Part shown: piece by piece, positions 1 to 12,944 of the stretch
Layout: every line of letters begins with the position of its first letter
Numbering within the stretch: the first letter of the stretch is position 1
Assembly (NCBI GenBank): GCA_030390025.1
Contig: JASTWF010000327.1
Location: forward strand, 310,001-374,000
Source of the DNA: Squalus acanthias
Taxonomy: Eukaryota
DNA length: 64,000 nt
Direction of reading: 5' to 3'
Notes under the pieces: model-generated
Seen by the model: only the letters and a program-made list of their open reading frames with translations
Told to the model about the DNA's origin: nothing
Databases searched by the model: none
Position numbers and translations under genes: made by a program

Positions 1-2736
1 TGTTGGAAGTTCCGGGGTATAGATGTTTCAGTAAGAGTAGGGAAGTTGGTAAGAAAGGTGGAGGAGTAGCATTGTTAATCAAGGATAGTTTAACAGCGGC
101 AGAAAGGCAGTTCGAGGGGGATCTGCCGTCTGAGGTAATATGGGCTGAAGTTAGAAATAGGAAAGGAGCGGTCACGTTGTTAGGAGTTTTCTACAGGCCC
201 CCAAATAGTAATAGAGATGTGGAGGAAGAAATTGCAAAGCAGATTATGAATAGGTGTGGAGGTCACAGAGTAGTTGTCATGGGTGACTTCAACTTTCCAA
301 ATATTGATTGGAACCTTTATAGGTCAAACAGTTCGGATGGGATAGTTTTTGCACAGTGTGTGCAGGAGGGTTTCCTGACACAATATGTGGATAGGCCGAC
401 AAGAGCTGGGGCCACGTTGGATTTGGTACTGGGTAATGAACCGGGCCAAGTGTTTGATTTGTATGTGGGAGAGCACTTTGGAGATAGTGACCACAATTCG
501 GTAACTTTCACTATTGCAATGGAGAGGGATAGGGCCATACAGCAGGGCAGGGTTTATAATTGGGGGAGGGGTAATTATGATGCGATTAGGCAAGAATTAG
601 GGAGTATAAGATGGGAACAGAAACTATCAGGGAAAGGCACAAACGAAAAGTGGAGCTTTTTCATGGAGCAATTACTGCATGTCCTTGATAGGTATGTCCC
701 TGTCAGGCAGGGAGGAAATGGCTGAGTGAGAGAACCATGGTTCACAAAAGAGGTTGAATGTCTAGTCAAGAGGAAAAAGGAAGCGTATGTAAGGATGAGA
801 AAACAAGGTTCAATTGGGTCGATTGAGGGGTACAAGGTAGCAAGGAATGAGCTAAAAAAAGAGCTTAGGAGAGCTAGGAGGGGGCATGAGAAGTCCTTGG
901 CGGGTCAGATCAAGAAAAACCCCAAGGCCTTTTACTCTTATGTGAGAAATAAAAGAATGACCAGGGTGAGGGTAGGGCCGGTCAAGGACAGTAGTGGGAA
1001 CTTGTGCATGGAGTCAGAAGAGATAGGAGAGGTGATGAATGAATACTTTTCGTCAGTGTTCACCGAGGAGAGGGGCCATGTTCTTGAGGATGAGAGTGTG
1101 ATAAAGGTGGATAGGCTGGAGATGGTAGATGTTCTGAGGGAAGATGTTTTAGCAATTTTGAAGAACCTGAGGGCCGATAAGTCCCCTGGACCAGATGGGA
1201 TATATCCTAGGATTCTTTGGGAGGCAAGGGAGGAGATTGCAGAGCCTCTGGCTTTGATCTTTGGGTCCTCACTGTCCACGGGAATGGTGCCAGAGGACTG
1301 GAGAGTGGCGAATGTTGTTCCTCTCTTCAAGAAAGGAAATAGGAATGACCCTGGTAATTATAGGCCGGTTAGTCTTACTTCGGTGGTTGGTAAGATAATG
1401 GAAAAGGTCCTGAGGGATAGGATTTATGACCATTTGGAAAGGGGCAACTTAATCAGGGATAGTCAACACGAATTCGTGAAGGGTAAGTCTTGCCTAACAA
1501 ATTTGATTGAATTCTTTGAGGAGGTAACTAAATGTGTAGATGAAGGTAGAGCAGTTGATGTCGTATACATGGATTTTAGTAAGGCGTTTGATAAGGTTCC
1601 CCATGGTCGGCTCATGAAGAAAGTAAGGAGTTGTGGGATAGAGGGAAATTTGGCCGATTGGATAAGTAACTGGCTATCTCATAGAAGGCAGAGGGTGGTG
1701 GTGGATGGAACATTTTCGGACTGGAGACCAGTTACCAGCGGTGTGCCACAGGGGTCGGTGCTGGGTCCTCTGCTGTTTGTGATTTTTATCAATGACTTGG
1801 AGGAGGGGACTGAAGGGTGGATCAGTAAATTTGCTGATGACACCAAGATTGGTGGAGCAGTGGATGAGGTGGAGGGCTGTTGTAGGCTGCAAAGAGACAT
1901 TGATAGGATGCAGAGCTGGGCCGAAAAATGGCAGATGGAATTTAACCCTGATAAGTGCGAGGTGATTCATTTTGGTAGGGCAAATTTGAATAAGGATTAC
2001 AGGATCAACGGCAGGGTTCTGAGGAACGTGGAGGAGCAGAAGGATCTGGGGGTTCATATCCACAGATCTCTGAAGGTTGCCACTCAAGTGGATAGAGCAG
2101 TAAAGAAGGCCTATGGTGTGTTGGCGTTTATTAACAGAGGGTTTGAGTTTAAGAACCGTGAGGTTATGCTGCAACTGTACAGGACCTTGGTGAGACCACA
2201 TTTGGAATATTGTGTGCAGTTCTGGTCACCTCACTATAGGAAGGACGTGGAAGCATTGGAAAGAGTGCAAAGGAGATTTACCAGGATGCTGCCTGGTTTG
2301 GGGGGGAGGTCTTATGAGGAAAGATTGAGGGAGTTGGGGCTTTTCTCTTTAGAGCGGAGGAGGATGAGAGGCGACTTAATAGAGGTTTATAAGATGATGA
2401 GGGAGATAGATAGAGTGGATGTTCAGAGACTATTTCCTCGGGTAGAGGCAGCTGTTACAAGGGGGCATAACTATAAGGTGCATGGGGGCAGATATAGAAG
2501 GGATGTCCGAGGTAGATTCTTTACTCAGAGAGTGGTTGGGGTGTGGAATGGACTGCCTGCTGTGATAGTGGAGTCGGACACTTTAGGAACTTTCAAGCGG
2601 TTATTGGATAAGCACATGGAGCACACCAGAGTGATAGGGAGTGTGATAGCTTGATCTTGGTCTCGGACAATGCTCGGCACAACATCGAGGGCCGAAGGGC
2701 CTGTACTGTGCTGTACTGTTCTATGTTCTATGTTCT
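1..2736 (+). mobile_element. CR1-clade LINE, ORF2 (APE endonuclease + RT), one in-frame TGA at 723-725; 5' end outside window; inserted in a ZNF exon
   Basis: ORFs 3-725 (GVFYRPPNS, GDFNFPNIDW, SDHN) and 726-2654 (KSPGPDGI, GVPQGSVLGP, FADD) are in one frame; the 3' tail is (TGTTCTA)n. Confidence 0.95.
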
Positions 2737-3396
2737 AAATGCCCGGACTGCGGGAAGTGCTATAAAAGTTCCGGGGAACTGACATTCCATCAACGTGTTC
2801 ACACTGGGGAGAGACCGTTCAGGTGCTCTTGCTGCGGGACTGGGTTCAGGCGATCATCTGAACTCATTGTCCACCAGCGCACTCACACTGGGGAGAGACC
2901 GTTCAGGTGCTCTCACTGTGGGACTGGGTTCAGGCGATCATCTGAACTCACTGTACACCAGCGCACTCACACTGGGGAGAGGCCTTTCAGGTGCTCTCAC
3001 TGCGGGACTGGGTTCAGGCGATCATCTGAACTCACTGTACACCAGCGAGCTCACACTGGGGAGAGGCCGTTCAGGTGCTCTCACTGCGGGACTGGGTTCA
3101 GGCAGTCATCTGAACTCACTGTACACCAGCGCACCCACACTGGAGAGAGGCCATTCACCTGCACCGTATGTGGGAAGGGATTCGCTCAGTCATCCACCCT
3201 GCTGAGACACCAGCAAGTTCACACTGGGGAGAGGCCGTTCACCTGCTCTGAGTGTGGGAAGGGATTCACTCGTTCATCCACCTTGCTGACACACCAGTAC
3301 ATTCACACGAGGGAGAGACCGTTCATGTGCTCCGTGTGTGGGAAGGGATTCACTCAGTCATCCCACCTGCTGACACACCAGCGAGTTCACAACTGA
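2737..3396 (+). pseudogene. 3' part of a C2H2 ZNF exon (8 fingers) cut off from its 5' part by the CR1
   Basis: Manual translation [15 protein letters not shown]..., four CSxCGTGFRxSSELxVHQR fingers, ends HQRVHN-TGA; followed by the family 3' UTR with AATAAA at ~3542. Confidence 0.9.
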
Positions 3397-3849
3397 CTGC
3401 AGTGCTTGGATTCTGCTGTTATTGCTGCTGTTAATCACATCCAGGACTGAACCATGTTCATTCTGACAGTTGGGGTTTGTTTCTGCTGATGTTAATAACT
3501 CCTGTAACTGGGCTGGAGTTTAATATTCTGGATAGATGTCAAATAAATCAGCTTTGTTTTAAACACATTGTTGTAGATTTTTGTCTTTCCCAGCTGAGTG
3601 TTTAGCAGCACCTGGCTGGAGCTCAGAAAGGACAATCTGGGGGAGGATCGTACGGCAGGAACAGAACTTCAGCCTGGACACAGTCCTTCAGGGCCACACT
3701 GAGAGGGGCAAACGGCACTTTGGTCTTTCTCGTCTCTCTTCACTGACAGCAAAGGCCCCGTGTGGGTTAATCTCGAGGCGTGTGAGAAACGTGTCCCAGC
3801 CGCTCTCTGCCATGGTTCAGAGCTCCTGGGCACGGAACAGAAGGCTCCT

Positions 3850-4965
3850 TTAGGAATGTCTCCCAGTGCTTTTTTTTTAATGGCCTTATTAACCTGTGTC
3901 GCTACTTTTAGTGATTTGTGTATCTGTATCCCTGGATCCCTCTGCTCCTCCAGCCCATTTAGACTCTCGGGGAAAAATTCGGTGGCGCCCCCTTTGGGTC
4001 GCTAATGTCGCCGGGACTAATTTTAGCGCCCCAAATAAGTTAGCGCCCCTGCACATTAAATTCAGTTTTAGCGCCCCAAGCAGGAGGCGGGGTGCTACTG
4101 GAAGCGCTCCCCTCCCTCTTGGGGCGCTACCAGAGAATTTCGCGGCACTTCGTGCAACAGCGCCACGCCCGTCGGCACATAGCACCGTGTCATAGCAGAC
4201 CTCCCTCCCTGATTAAAGGGGCGGGGCCTAGCACTGCTCACACCGGGGCCCTGCTGGACCACCGGGGAGCGAGGTGTCGGATCAAGAGGAGCGCCGGGCT
4301 GAGCGATCACGGCCGACACCCCGAAGAAGAAAGGGGAAGGGGGCAGGTGCTGGTAGTCGGCCAAAATAAAAAGTTGCCGCCCAACACCTGCCCTTTAAGT
4401 GGCGTCGCCGCAGCTGCAGGAACGACCCCTGACCCTGTCGGACATATCGTCTGGCGATAGGTCAGGGGTCACAACCCAAGGTTGCAGCCGGGGTGCTGCG
4501 CATGGCGATGACGTTATTGCCGGCGGTGCAGTGCCGCGGGGCGCAACCGGCTACCGCCGCCGCTAACCTCCCGCTGAATATCGCGGGAGGCACAAAGCAA
4601 CCCAATTTCACCCCCTTGTTGTCCAAGTAGTGAGTGACCTCCTTATTCTTCCCACCTAAACACACCACCTCACACTGATCTACAGTGAAATTCATTTGCC
4701 AATTACACACCCATTCTGAAATTTATTAATGTCTTCTTGCATTTTGTCTTCCTCTGTATTAACTGTTCCTCCTAATTTGGTGTCATCGACAAACTTTGAA
4801 ATTGTTCTTCTGATTCCCGAGTCCAAATCGTTTCTGTAAATGGTGAACAACAGTGATCCCAGCACCGATCCCTGTGGAACACCACTTCCCACCTTTTGTC
4901 AGTCTGAGTAGCTACTCCCAACCCCTACTCTCTGTTTTCCGTTTTGTGACCAGCTTGCTATCCAT
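3850..4965 (-). mobile_element. Degenerate CR1 RT fragment split by a MITE
   Basis: Minus-strand GVPQGSVLG, WQMNF..CEVV..YLDNK, resuming as SLNGLEEQRD beyond the insert. Confidence 0.85.
3969..4614. mobile_element. GC-rich non-autonomous DNA transposon (PIF/Harbinger-like MITE)
   Basis: Ends GGGGAAAAATT / AATTTCACCCC form an imperfect TIR; 3-bp TSD CTC/CTT; removing it restores the CR1 codons GAC AAC AAG AGT CTA. Confidence 0.7.
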
Positions 4966-5145
4966 AAACAGTCTGTAAGATCGACAAGATGATCCAGGTC
5001 AGGCCGTGTGGAGTGAAGGGCCAGGCAGCAGAATGGATGGAAAGATGGCTACAAAACAGAAATCAGAGGGTTGGAGTTAAGGGAAGTTTGTTGCCATCTT
5101 TCCATCCATTCTGGTGCCTGACCTTTGACTCCACACGGCCTGACC

Positions 5146-5275
5146 GCAGTCATCTTGTAGACCGTACATACTGCAGACACAGTGCACCAGTGGTGGAGGG
5201 GGTGGATATTGAGTCCTGTGGCAGGGGCGCTGATGAAGTGGATTTCTCTGTCCCTGAGTTTTGAGGCATTGCTAG
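5146..5275 (-). mobile_element. Short CR1/L2-type LINE RT C-terminal fragment
   Basis: Minus-strand LNIHPLHHWCTVSAVCTVYKM. Confidence 0.55.
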
Positions 5276-5568
5276 TGGTGTTTTTCACCTCTTTCCTGCT
5301 TTTAAATTAAAAATCTTATTGCCAGTTTATTCAATCCTCTCCGGTAGGTCACACAAAAAAATGAGGCCTTGTAAGTTTCCCTCAGAATGACAGGCCTGAA
5401 CCCGAGTTAGAAAACATTTAGTAATTAAACCAGACTGGGCGGGGCCTGAGGTGTGAGTTAGTAACGGAAAATTGGTGGCCAGCGTACTTCACACCAGGGC
5501 TGAGGACCCGGGGACTCGGGTTTCTGTATCATTTATTGATTAATTTAGTTTATTGCCCAATCTCAATC

Positions 5569-6926
5569 AGACTGGCAGGTCATCTTGCCATCTGGCGGAG
5601 GCGAGGTTCCCCAGTGGAGGGCTCTCTACGCGGGGGTCCTTCCCTGCACCATTGGGGATCTGGGGTGGAGACTGTTGCAAGGAGCTGTCGTGTGCAACAG
5701 TTTAAGCTCCTTTCCGGACTCCAAGGCCAGATGTGTTTTTTGCGGCCTAGAGGAGTCCACGGGACGTGTATATATTCAGTGTGAGAGGTTGCAGCCCCTG
5801 TATAGTTACCTGAAGGGGCTTCTCCTCAACTCTTGGTTACACTTTAGCCCCACGCTCCTAATCTTTGCCCGCCCGGTGCAGAGGGGGCTGGGTAAGTCGG
5901 AGGATCTTCTCCTGGACCTGCTCTTGGGCCTGGCGAAAACAGCAATTTGTAGGCCCAGGATGGGCGGGGCCCATGGGGGGTCACTCTGGCTGCCTGCCTC
6001 TCTCCCGTGGTCTTGTCCCTGCCCGGGTGGCCCTGGAGAGGGAGCAGGCGGTGTCCACCGGTTCACTTGATACCTTCCTCGACCGGTGGGCACCTCAGGT
6101 TAAAGAGGCGATAATCGATCCTCACAATCACATTGTGATTGAATTATTATTTGTGAGTGTCACTGTATTGTACACAGTTATTATTCATCGAATAGATTCA
6201 TAGAAACTTACAGCACAGAAGGAGGCCATTCGGCCCGTCGTGCCTGTGCCGGCTCTTTGAAAGAGTCGTCGTGTTTAGTCCCACATCCTCACTTTCTGTC
6301 CGTAACCCTGTCAGTTGCTCAAGTTCCCGTCCAACTCTGCTTTACAATTATTAACGGAATCAGCTTCCACCATCTTTTCAGGTCGAGCGTTCCAGATCCC
6401 CACAACTCTCTGAGTGGAAACATTTCTCCTCATCTCTCCTCCAGATCTTTTGACAATATTTTTGAATCTTTGACCTCTAGTTATTGACCCACTCACCAGA
6501 GGGAATGTTTCTTTCCCTATTTATTCTGTCAAAATCTCTCATCACCTTGAAAACCTCTATTAAGTCACCTCTGAACCTTCTCTGTTCCAAGGAGAACAGT
6601 CCTAACTTTCCCAACCTCTCCTCATAACTGAAGTCCCTCATCCCTGGTAAACCTCCTCTGGGCCCTTTCTAAGGCCTTTACACCTTTCCTCAAGTGTGGG
6701 GCCCAGAATTGTCCACAACACTCCAGCTGAGGCCTAACCTGTGGTTGATGAAGTTCCAGCATCATCTCTTTGCTTTTATATTCTATTCCTCTGTTTCTAA
6801 ACCCAAGTAACCCGTTATTGTGTGTTTAATATCTGTGGGGCACTGGGGCACTTGCCTTAATGGTTTTTGCTCCCGTCTGGTGTCACTGGGGCAACTTAGT
6901 GTCACCCCTACAGGTAGTGAAAAATG
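5569..6926 (+). mobile_element. 5'-truncated Tx1/L1-clade LINE (zf-RVT C-terminus + 3' UTR) with a nested antisense CR1
   Basis: WRALY..DLGWRLL..CVFCGLEES..CERL; 14-bp direct repeat GCCCAATCTCAATC at 5555-5568 and 6927-6940. Confidence 0.75.
6186..6812 (-). mobile_element. CR1 3' fragment
   Basis: Minus-strand TRGQRFK..MRRN..TQRVVGIWN and a CR1-type 3' tail. Confidence 0.85.
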
Positions 6927-7111
6927 GCCCAATCTCAATCGGACGACAAATAAATGAATTTTCTCTTCACCAATTCAGGTTTTTAGTTCTTTACCCAGAA
7001 TTCGCGACGCGGCAGAATGGGCCCTATCAATGACAACCCGATCCTAGTGCGCCGGCTCATCACTGGACTGTGCTCTGAGCATGTGCAGTGCGAGTGGTGG
7101 AGACGGACTGA

Positions 7112-8511
7112 GGCGTGTGTCCTCCTTGGAGGGGAACCAGGTAAAGAGGGTGTGTGTCCTCCTTGGAGGGGAACCAGGCAAAGAGGGCGAGTATCCTCCT
7201 TGGAGGGGAACCAGGCAAAGAGGGTGTGTGTCCTCCTTGGAGGGGAACCAGCCAATGAGGGTGTGTGTCCTCCTTGGAGAGAAACCAGGCAAAGAGGGTG
7301 TGTGTCCTCCTTGGAGGGGAACGAGGCAAAGAGGGTGTGTGTCCTCCTTGGAGGGGAACCAGGCAAAGAGGGCGTGTGTCCTCCTTGGAGGGGAACCAGG
7401 CAAAGAGGGCGAGTGTCCTCCTTGGAGGGGAACCAGGCAAAGAGGGTGAGTGTCCTCCTTGGAGGGGAACCAGGCAAAGAGGGTGTGTGTCCTCCTTGGG
7501 GAACCAGGCAAAGAGGGCGAGTGTCCTCCTTGGAGAGGAACCAGGTAAAGAGGGCGTGTGTCCTCCTTGGGGAACCAGGCAAAGAGGGCGTGTGTCCTCC
7601 TTGGAGGGGAACCAGGCAAAGAGGGTGTGTGTCCTCCTTGGAGGGGAACCAGGCAAAGAGGGTGTGTGTCCTCCTTGGGGAACCAGGCAAAGAGGGCGAG
7701 TGTCCTCCTTGGAGAGGAACCAGGTAAAGAGGGCGTGTGTCCTCCTTGGGGAACCAGGTAAAGAGGGCGTGTGTCCTCCTTGGAGGGGAACCAGGCAAAG
7801 AGGGCGAGTGTCCTCCTTGGAGGGGAACCAGGCAAAGAGGGTGTGTGTCCTCCTTGGGGAACCAGGCAAAGAGGGCGAGTGTCCTCCTTGGAGAGGAACC
7901 AGGTAAAGAGGGCGTGTGTCCTCCTTGGGGAACCAGGCAAAGAGGGCGTGTGTCCTCCTTGGAGGGGAACCAGGCAAAGAGGGTGTGTGTCCTCCTTGGA
8001 GGGGAACCAGGCAAAGAGGGTGTGTGTCCTCCTTGGGGAACCAGGCAAAGAGGGCGAGTGTCCTCCTTGGAGAGGAACCAGGTAAAGAGGGCGTGTGTCC
8101 TCCTTGGGGAACCAGGTAAAGAGGGCGTGTGTCCTCCTTGGAGGGGAACCAGGCAAAGAGGGCGAGTGTCCTCCTTGGAGGGGAACCAGGCAAAGAGGGC
8201 GAGTGTCCTCCTTGGAGGAGAACCAGGTAAAGAGGGCGAGTGTCCTCCTTGGGGAACCAGGCAAAGAGGGCGTGTGTCCTCCTTGGGGAACCAGGTAAAG
8301 AGGGCGAGTGTCCTCCTTGGGGAACCAGGTAAAGAGGGCGAGTGTCCTCCTTGGAGGGGAACCAGGCAAAGAGGGTGTGTGTCCTCCTTGGAGGGGAACC
8401 AGGTAAAGAGGGTGTGTGTCCTCCTTGGAGGGGAACCAGGTAAAGAGGGTGTGTGTCCTCCTTGGAGGGGAACCAGGCAAAGAGGGCGTGTGTCCTCCTT
8501 GGAGGGGAACC
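7112..8511. repeat. Minisatellite of 37/34-bp units GTGTGTCCTCCTTGG(AGG)GGAACCAGGCAAAGAGGGY with a 179-bp higher-order period
   Basis: Direct tandem periodicity; homologous positions at 7558, 7737, 7916 and 8095. Confidence 0.97.
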
Positions 8512-8894
8512 TACCCTCAAAAAACAGTGAAATATCTTGGAATTTAAATGTGTCCATTCCTATTGTTTGGATATTGATGAGCAGCAATAAGCAGTTATTT
8601 TTCTATTTTGAATATAAATACAAAAGCTCTACTAGACATGTTAAACTACTAGTTATTTAATCAGGGCTGCAGCTGCTGAAAGGTTGACTGTACTGAGGTT
8701 TGTGGCCAGAGCTGGCAGACGTGTTGTTCTGAAGTCTGATGTCTCACACCTGAAGAGTCTGTTTATGTCGTGTTGTAATGACCTTTTTCTGTTGCCTGGT
8801 GTCAGAAATAGAAATCAAAGGGAGATGATTCCCCACTCTGTTAATCAACTCTTTGACACATTATATAATATATATCTCCAACTCTGACTAGTAT

Positions 8895-11405
8895 ATCCTG
8901 TCTAATATAAACCAACCCCAAGTCACTGACAACAATCTCCTCCTGTCTAATATAAACCAACCCCAAGTCACTGACACCAATCTCCTCCTGTCTGATATAA
9001 ACCAACCCCACAGTCACTGACACCAATCTCCTCCTGTCTGATATAAACCAACCCTACAGTCATTGACACCAATCTCCTCCTGTCTGATATAAACCAACCC
9101 CACAGTCACTGACACCAATCTCCTCCTGTCTGATATAAACCAACCCCACAGTCACTGACACCAATCTCCTCCTGTCTGATATAAACCAACCCCACAGTCA
9201 CTGACACCAATCTCCTCCTGTCTGATATAAACCAACCCCACAGTCACTGACACCAATCTCCTCCTGTCTGATATAAACCAATCCCACAGTCACTGACACC
9301 AATCTCCTCCTGTCTGATATAAACCAATCCCACAGTCACTGACACCAATCTCCTCCTGTCTGATATAAACCAATCCCACAGTCACTGACACCAATCTCCT
9401 CCTGTCTGATATAAACCAGCCCCACAGTCACTGACACCAATCTCCCCCTGTCTGATATAAACCAACCCCACAGTTACTGACGCCAATCTCCTCCTGTCTG
9501 ATATAAACTTGAGGAAGTGGCAGTAGGGTTTGTGGATGCTTTGGTAATAATTTTCCAAAATTCCCTGGACTCAGCAAAGGTCCCGGCAGATTGGAAAACT
9601 GCTAATGTAACACCCTTATTTAAAAAGGGTAGTAGGCAGAAGGCTGGAAATTATAGACCAGTTAGCCTAACATCTGTGGTGGGTAAAATTTTGGAGTCTA
9701 TTATTAAGGAGACAGTAACGGAACATTTAGATAAACATAATTTAATAGGACAAAGTCAGCATGGCTTTATGAGGGGAAGTCATGTCTGACAAATTTGCTT
9801 GAGTTCTTTGAGGACATAACGTACAGGGTGGATAAAGGGGAACCAGTGGACGTAGTGTATTTAGACTTCCAGAAGGCATTCGACAAGGTGCCACATAAAA
9901 GATTATTGCTCAAGATAAAAAATCACTGGATTGGGGGTAATATTCTGGCATGGGTGGAGGATTGGTTATCTAACAGGAAGCAGAAAGTTGGGACAAATGG
10001 TTCATTCTCGGACTGGCAACCAGTAGCCAGTGGTGTTCCGCAGGGGTCGGTGCTGGGTCCCCAACTCTTTACAATCTATATTAACGATTTGGAGGAGGGG
10101 ACCGAGTGTAACATATCAAAGTTTGCAGATGATACAAAGATGGGAGGGAAAGTAGAAAGTGAGGAGGACATAAAAAACCTACAAGGGGATATAGACAGGC
10201 TGGGTGAGTGGGCGGAGATTTGGCAGATGCAATACAATATTGGAAAATGTGAGGTTATGCACTTTGGCAGGAAAAATCAGAGAGCAAGTTATTATCTTAA
10301 TGGTGAGAAACTGGAAAGTACTGCAGTACAAAGGGATCTGGGGGTCCTAGTGCAAGAAAATCAAAAAGTTAGTATGCAGGTGCAGCAGGTGATCAAGAAG
10401 GCCAATGGAATGTTGGCTTTTATTGCTAGGGGGATAGATTATAAAAACAGGGAGGTATTGCTGCAGTTATATAAGGTATTGGTGAGACCGCACCTGGAAT
10501 ACTGCATACAGTTTTGGTGTCCATACTTAAGAAAAGACATAATTGCTCTCGAGGCAGTACAAAGAAGGTTCACTCGGTTAATCCCGGGGATGAGGGGGTG
10601 GACATATGAGGAGAGGTTGAGTAGATTCGGACTCTACTCATTGGAGTTCAGAAGAATGAGAGGCGATCTTATTGAAACATATAAGATTGTGAAGGGGCTT
10701 GATCAGGTGGATGCGGTAAGGATGTTCCCAAGGATGGGTGAAACTAGAACTAGGGGGCATAATCTTAGCATAAGGGGCTGCTCTTTCAAAACTGAGATGA
10801 GGAGAAACTTCTTCACTCAGAGGGTAGTAGGTCTGTGGAATTTGTTGCCCCAGGAAGCTGTGGAAGCTACATCATTAAATAAATTTAAAACAGAAATAGA
10901 TAGTTTCCGAGAGGTAAAGGGAATTAGGGGTTACGGTGAGCGGGCAGGAAATTGGACATGAGGCTGAGTTCGGATCGGTCAAGGCCCTGTGGGTGGCGGA
11001 GCGGGCCCAGGGGCTGAGTGGCCGGGTCCTGCTCCTACTTCTTGTGTTCTTTAGATTTGAGGTTAGGATCAGATCAGCCATGATCTCATTGAATGGCAGA
11101 GCAGGCTCGAGGGGCCGATTGGCCTACTCCTGCTCCTATTTCTTATGTTATGTTCTTATGTAAACCAACCCCACAGTCACTGACACCAATCTCCTCCTGT
11201 CTGATATAAACCGTCTCCACAGTCACTGACATCAATCTCCTCCTGTCTGATATAAACCAACCCCACAGTCACTGACACCAATCTCCTCCTGTCTGATATA
11301 AACCAACCCCACAGTCACTGACATCAATCTCCTCCTGTCTGATATAAACCAACCCCACAGTCACTGACTCCAATCTCCTCCTGTCTGATATAAACCAACC
11401 CCACA
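8895..11405. repeat. 46-bp minisatellite AAACCAACCCCACAGTCACTGACACCAATCTCCTCCTGTCTGATAT, interrupted by a CR1 at 9509-11160
   Basis: Tandem copies at 8895-9508 and 11161-11405. Confidence 0.95.
9509..11160 (+). mobile_element. 5'-truncated CR1 LINE (RT half, one frameshift at ~9780)
   Basis: ORFs 9517-9789 and 9795-10961; (TTCTTATG)-type tail; TAAAC duplicated at 9504-9508 and 11161-11165. Confidence 0.95.
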
Positions 11406-11943
11406 GGCCCAGAAAGATTAAACTCAGCCCGTTACTATAACTGGACTTGTCTCCATTCCCGTCCCGCAGGGACTGCTGTACCAGACCGGAGGGGCAACAT
11501 TTGGGGATTCTCGATTCTCCACCAATTCCCACTCCCCTTCTTTCTGGTGGATAATGGAGGTGCCACTGTGTGTAATGTGCAAGTCAGTAAGAATTGTCAG
11601 CGAGGATTAATCAGCACTTTCTAATTGGAGATGATAATCACTGGCACTTTTCAGATACCAAATTGTAGATTTTGTACCAAAGATTAATTTAGGATTGAAG
11701 TAAAATTCATAATTTTTTTGCAACCAATTTCTGATCAAAGTCCCTGAATTAAGGGGAAAAGCTCACAGACAGCAGTTCTTAAAGGGACACTGCAGCCCCG
11801 ACAACTCAATCAGCTATATGTCCAGAATATTAAACTCCAGCCCAGTTATAGGGATATTAACATCAGCAGAAACAAACCCCAACTCTGAGAATGAACATGG
11901 TTCAGTCCTGGATATGATTAACAGCAGAATCCAACCCATGCAG

Positions 11944-12872
11944 TCACTTGTGAACTCGCTGGTGTGTCAGCAGGTTGGATGAACAAGTGAATCTCTTCTC
12001 ACAGATGGAGCAGGTGAACGGCCTCTCCCCAGTGTGAACTCGCTGGTGTGTCAGCAGGGTGGATGAACAAGTGAATCTCTTCTCACACATGGAGCAGGTG
12101 AACGGCCTCTCCCCAGTGTGAGTGCGTTGGTGTACAATGAGATTGGATGACTGCCTGAATCTCTTCCCACATTGACAGCAACTGAATGGTTTATCGTCAG
12201 TGTGAACACGCTGGTGTTGAATCAGTTCCTCAGAGCTTTTAAAGCAGTTTGCACAGTTGGAGCATTTAAAAGGTCTCTCGTCAGTGTGAACTCGCTGGTG
12301 TCTCAGAAGGTGGGATGAATTAGTGAAACCCTTCCCACACACGGAGCAGGTGAACGGCCTCTCCCTAGTGTGAACTCGCTGGTGTTGAATCAGTTCCTCA
12401 GAGCTTTTAAAGCAGTTCGCACAGTTGGAGCATTTAAAAGGTCTCTCGTCAGTGTGAACTCGCTGGTGTCTCAGAAGGTGGGATGAATTAGTGAAACCCT
12501 TCCCACACATGGAGCAGGTGAACGGCCTCTCCCCGGTGTGCCGGTAGCGATGGGTTTTCAGCTCAGACGGGTAAGTGAATCTCTTTCCACAGTCCCCACA
12601 TTTCCACGGTTTCTCCGTGGTGCGGGTGTCCTTGTGACTCTCCAGGTTGGACGATCAGTTGAAGCCTCGTCCACACACAGAACACGTGTACCGTTTCTCC
12701 CCGCTGTGAATGGTACGATGATTTTTCAGGCTGTGTAACTGGTTAAAACATTTCTCCGTCCACATTCAAAGGCCGATAATATTCACGTCCAGATGTATCG
12801 AGTGCCTCTGTCAGATCTTGACGTGATGTTTGGTGTGAGTTTCCCATCTGCAAATCCTCCCCTTCTAATATC
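11944..12872 (-). pseudogene. C2H2 ZNF exon, 8 fingers; family start MEKP is ACG; probable pseudogene or N-truncated gene
   Basis: Frame open from ACG 12618 to stop 11944; internal 168-bp two-finger duplication; acceptor TTTTACAG at ~12873; upstream in-frame TGA 12655-12657. Confidence 0.75.
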
Positions 12873-12944
12873 CTGTAAAAGGAGTTTACAAATGACATGA
12901 CTGAGAGTGCAGGATAGAAATTCAGAACAGGCAATTCTAGGTAC

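Noticed and set aside
6983..8660. Long ORFs (up to 534 aa) on both strands
   Set aside because: Translations of a stop-poor minisatellite, open in many frames at once
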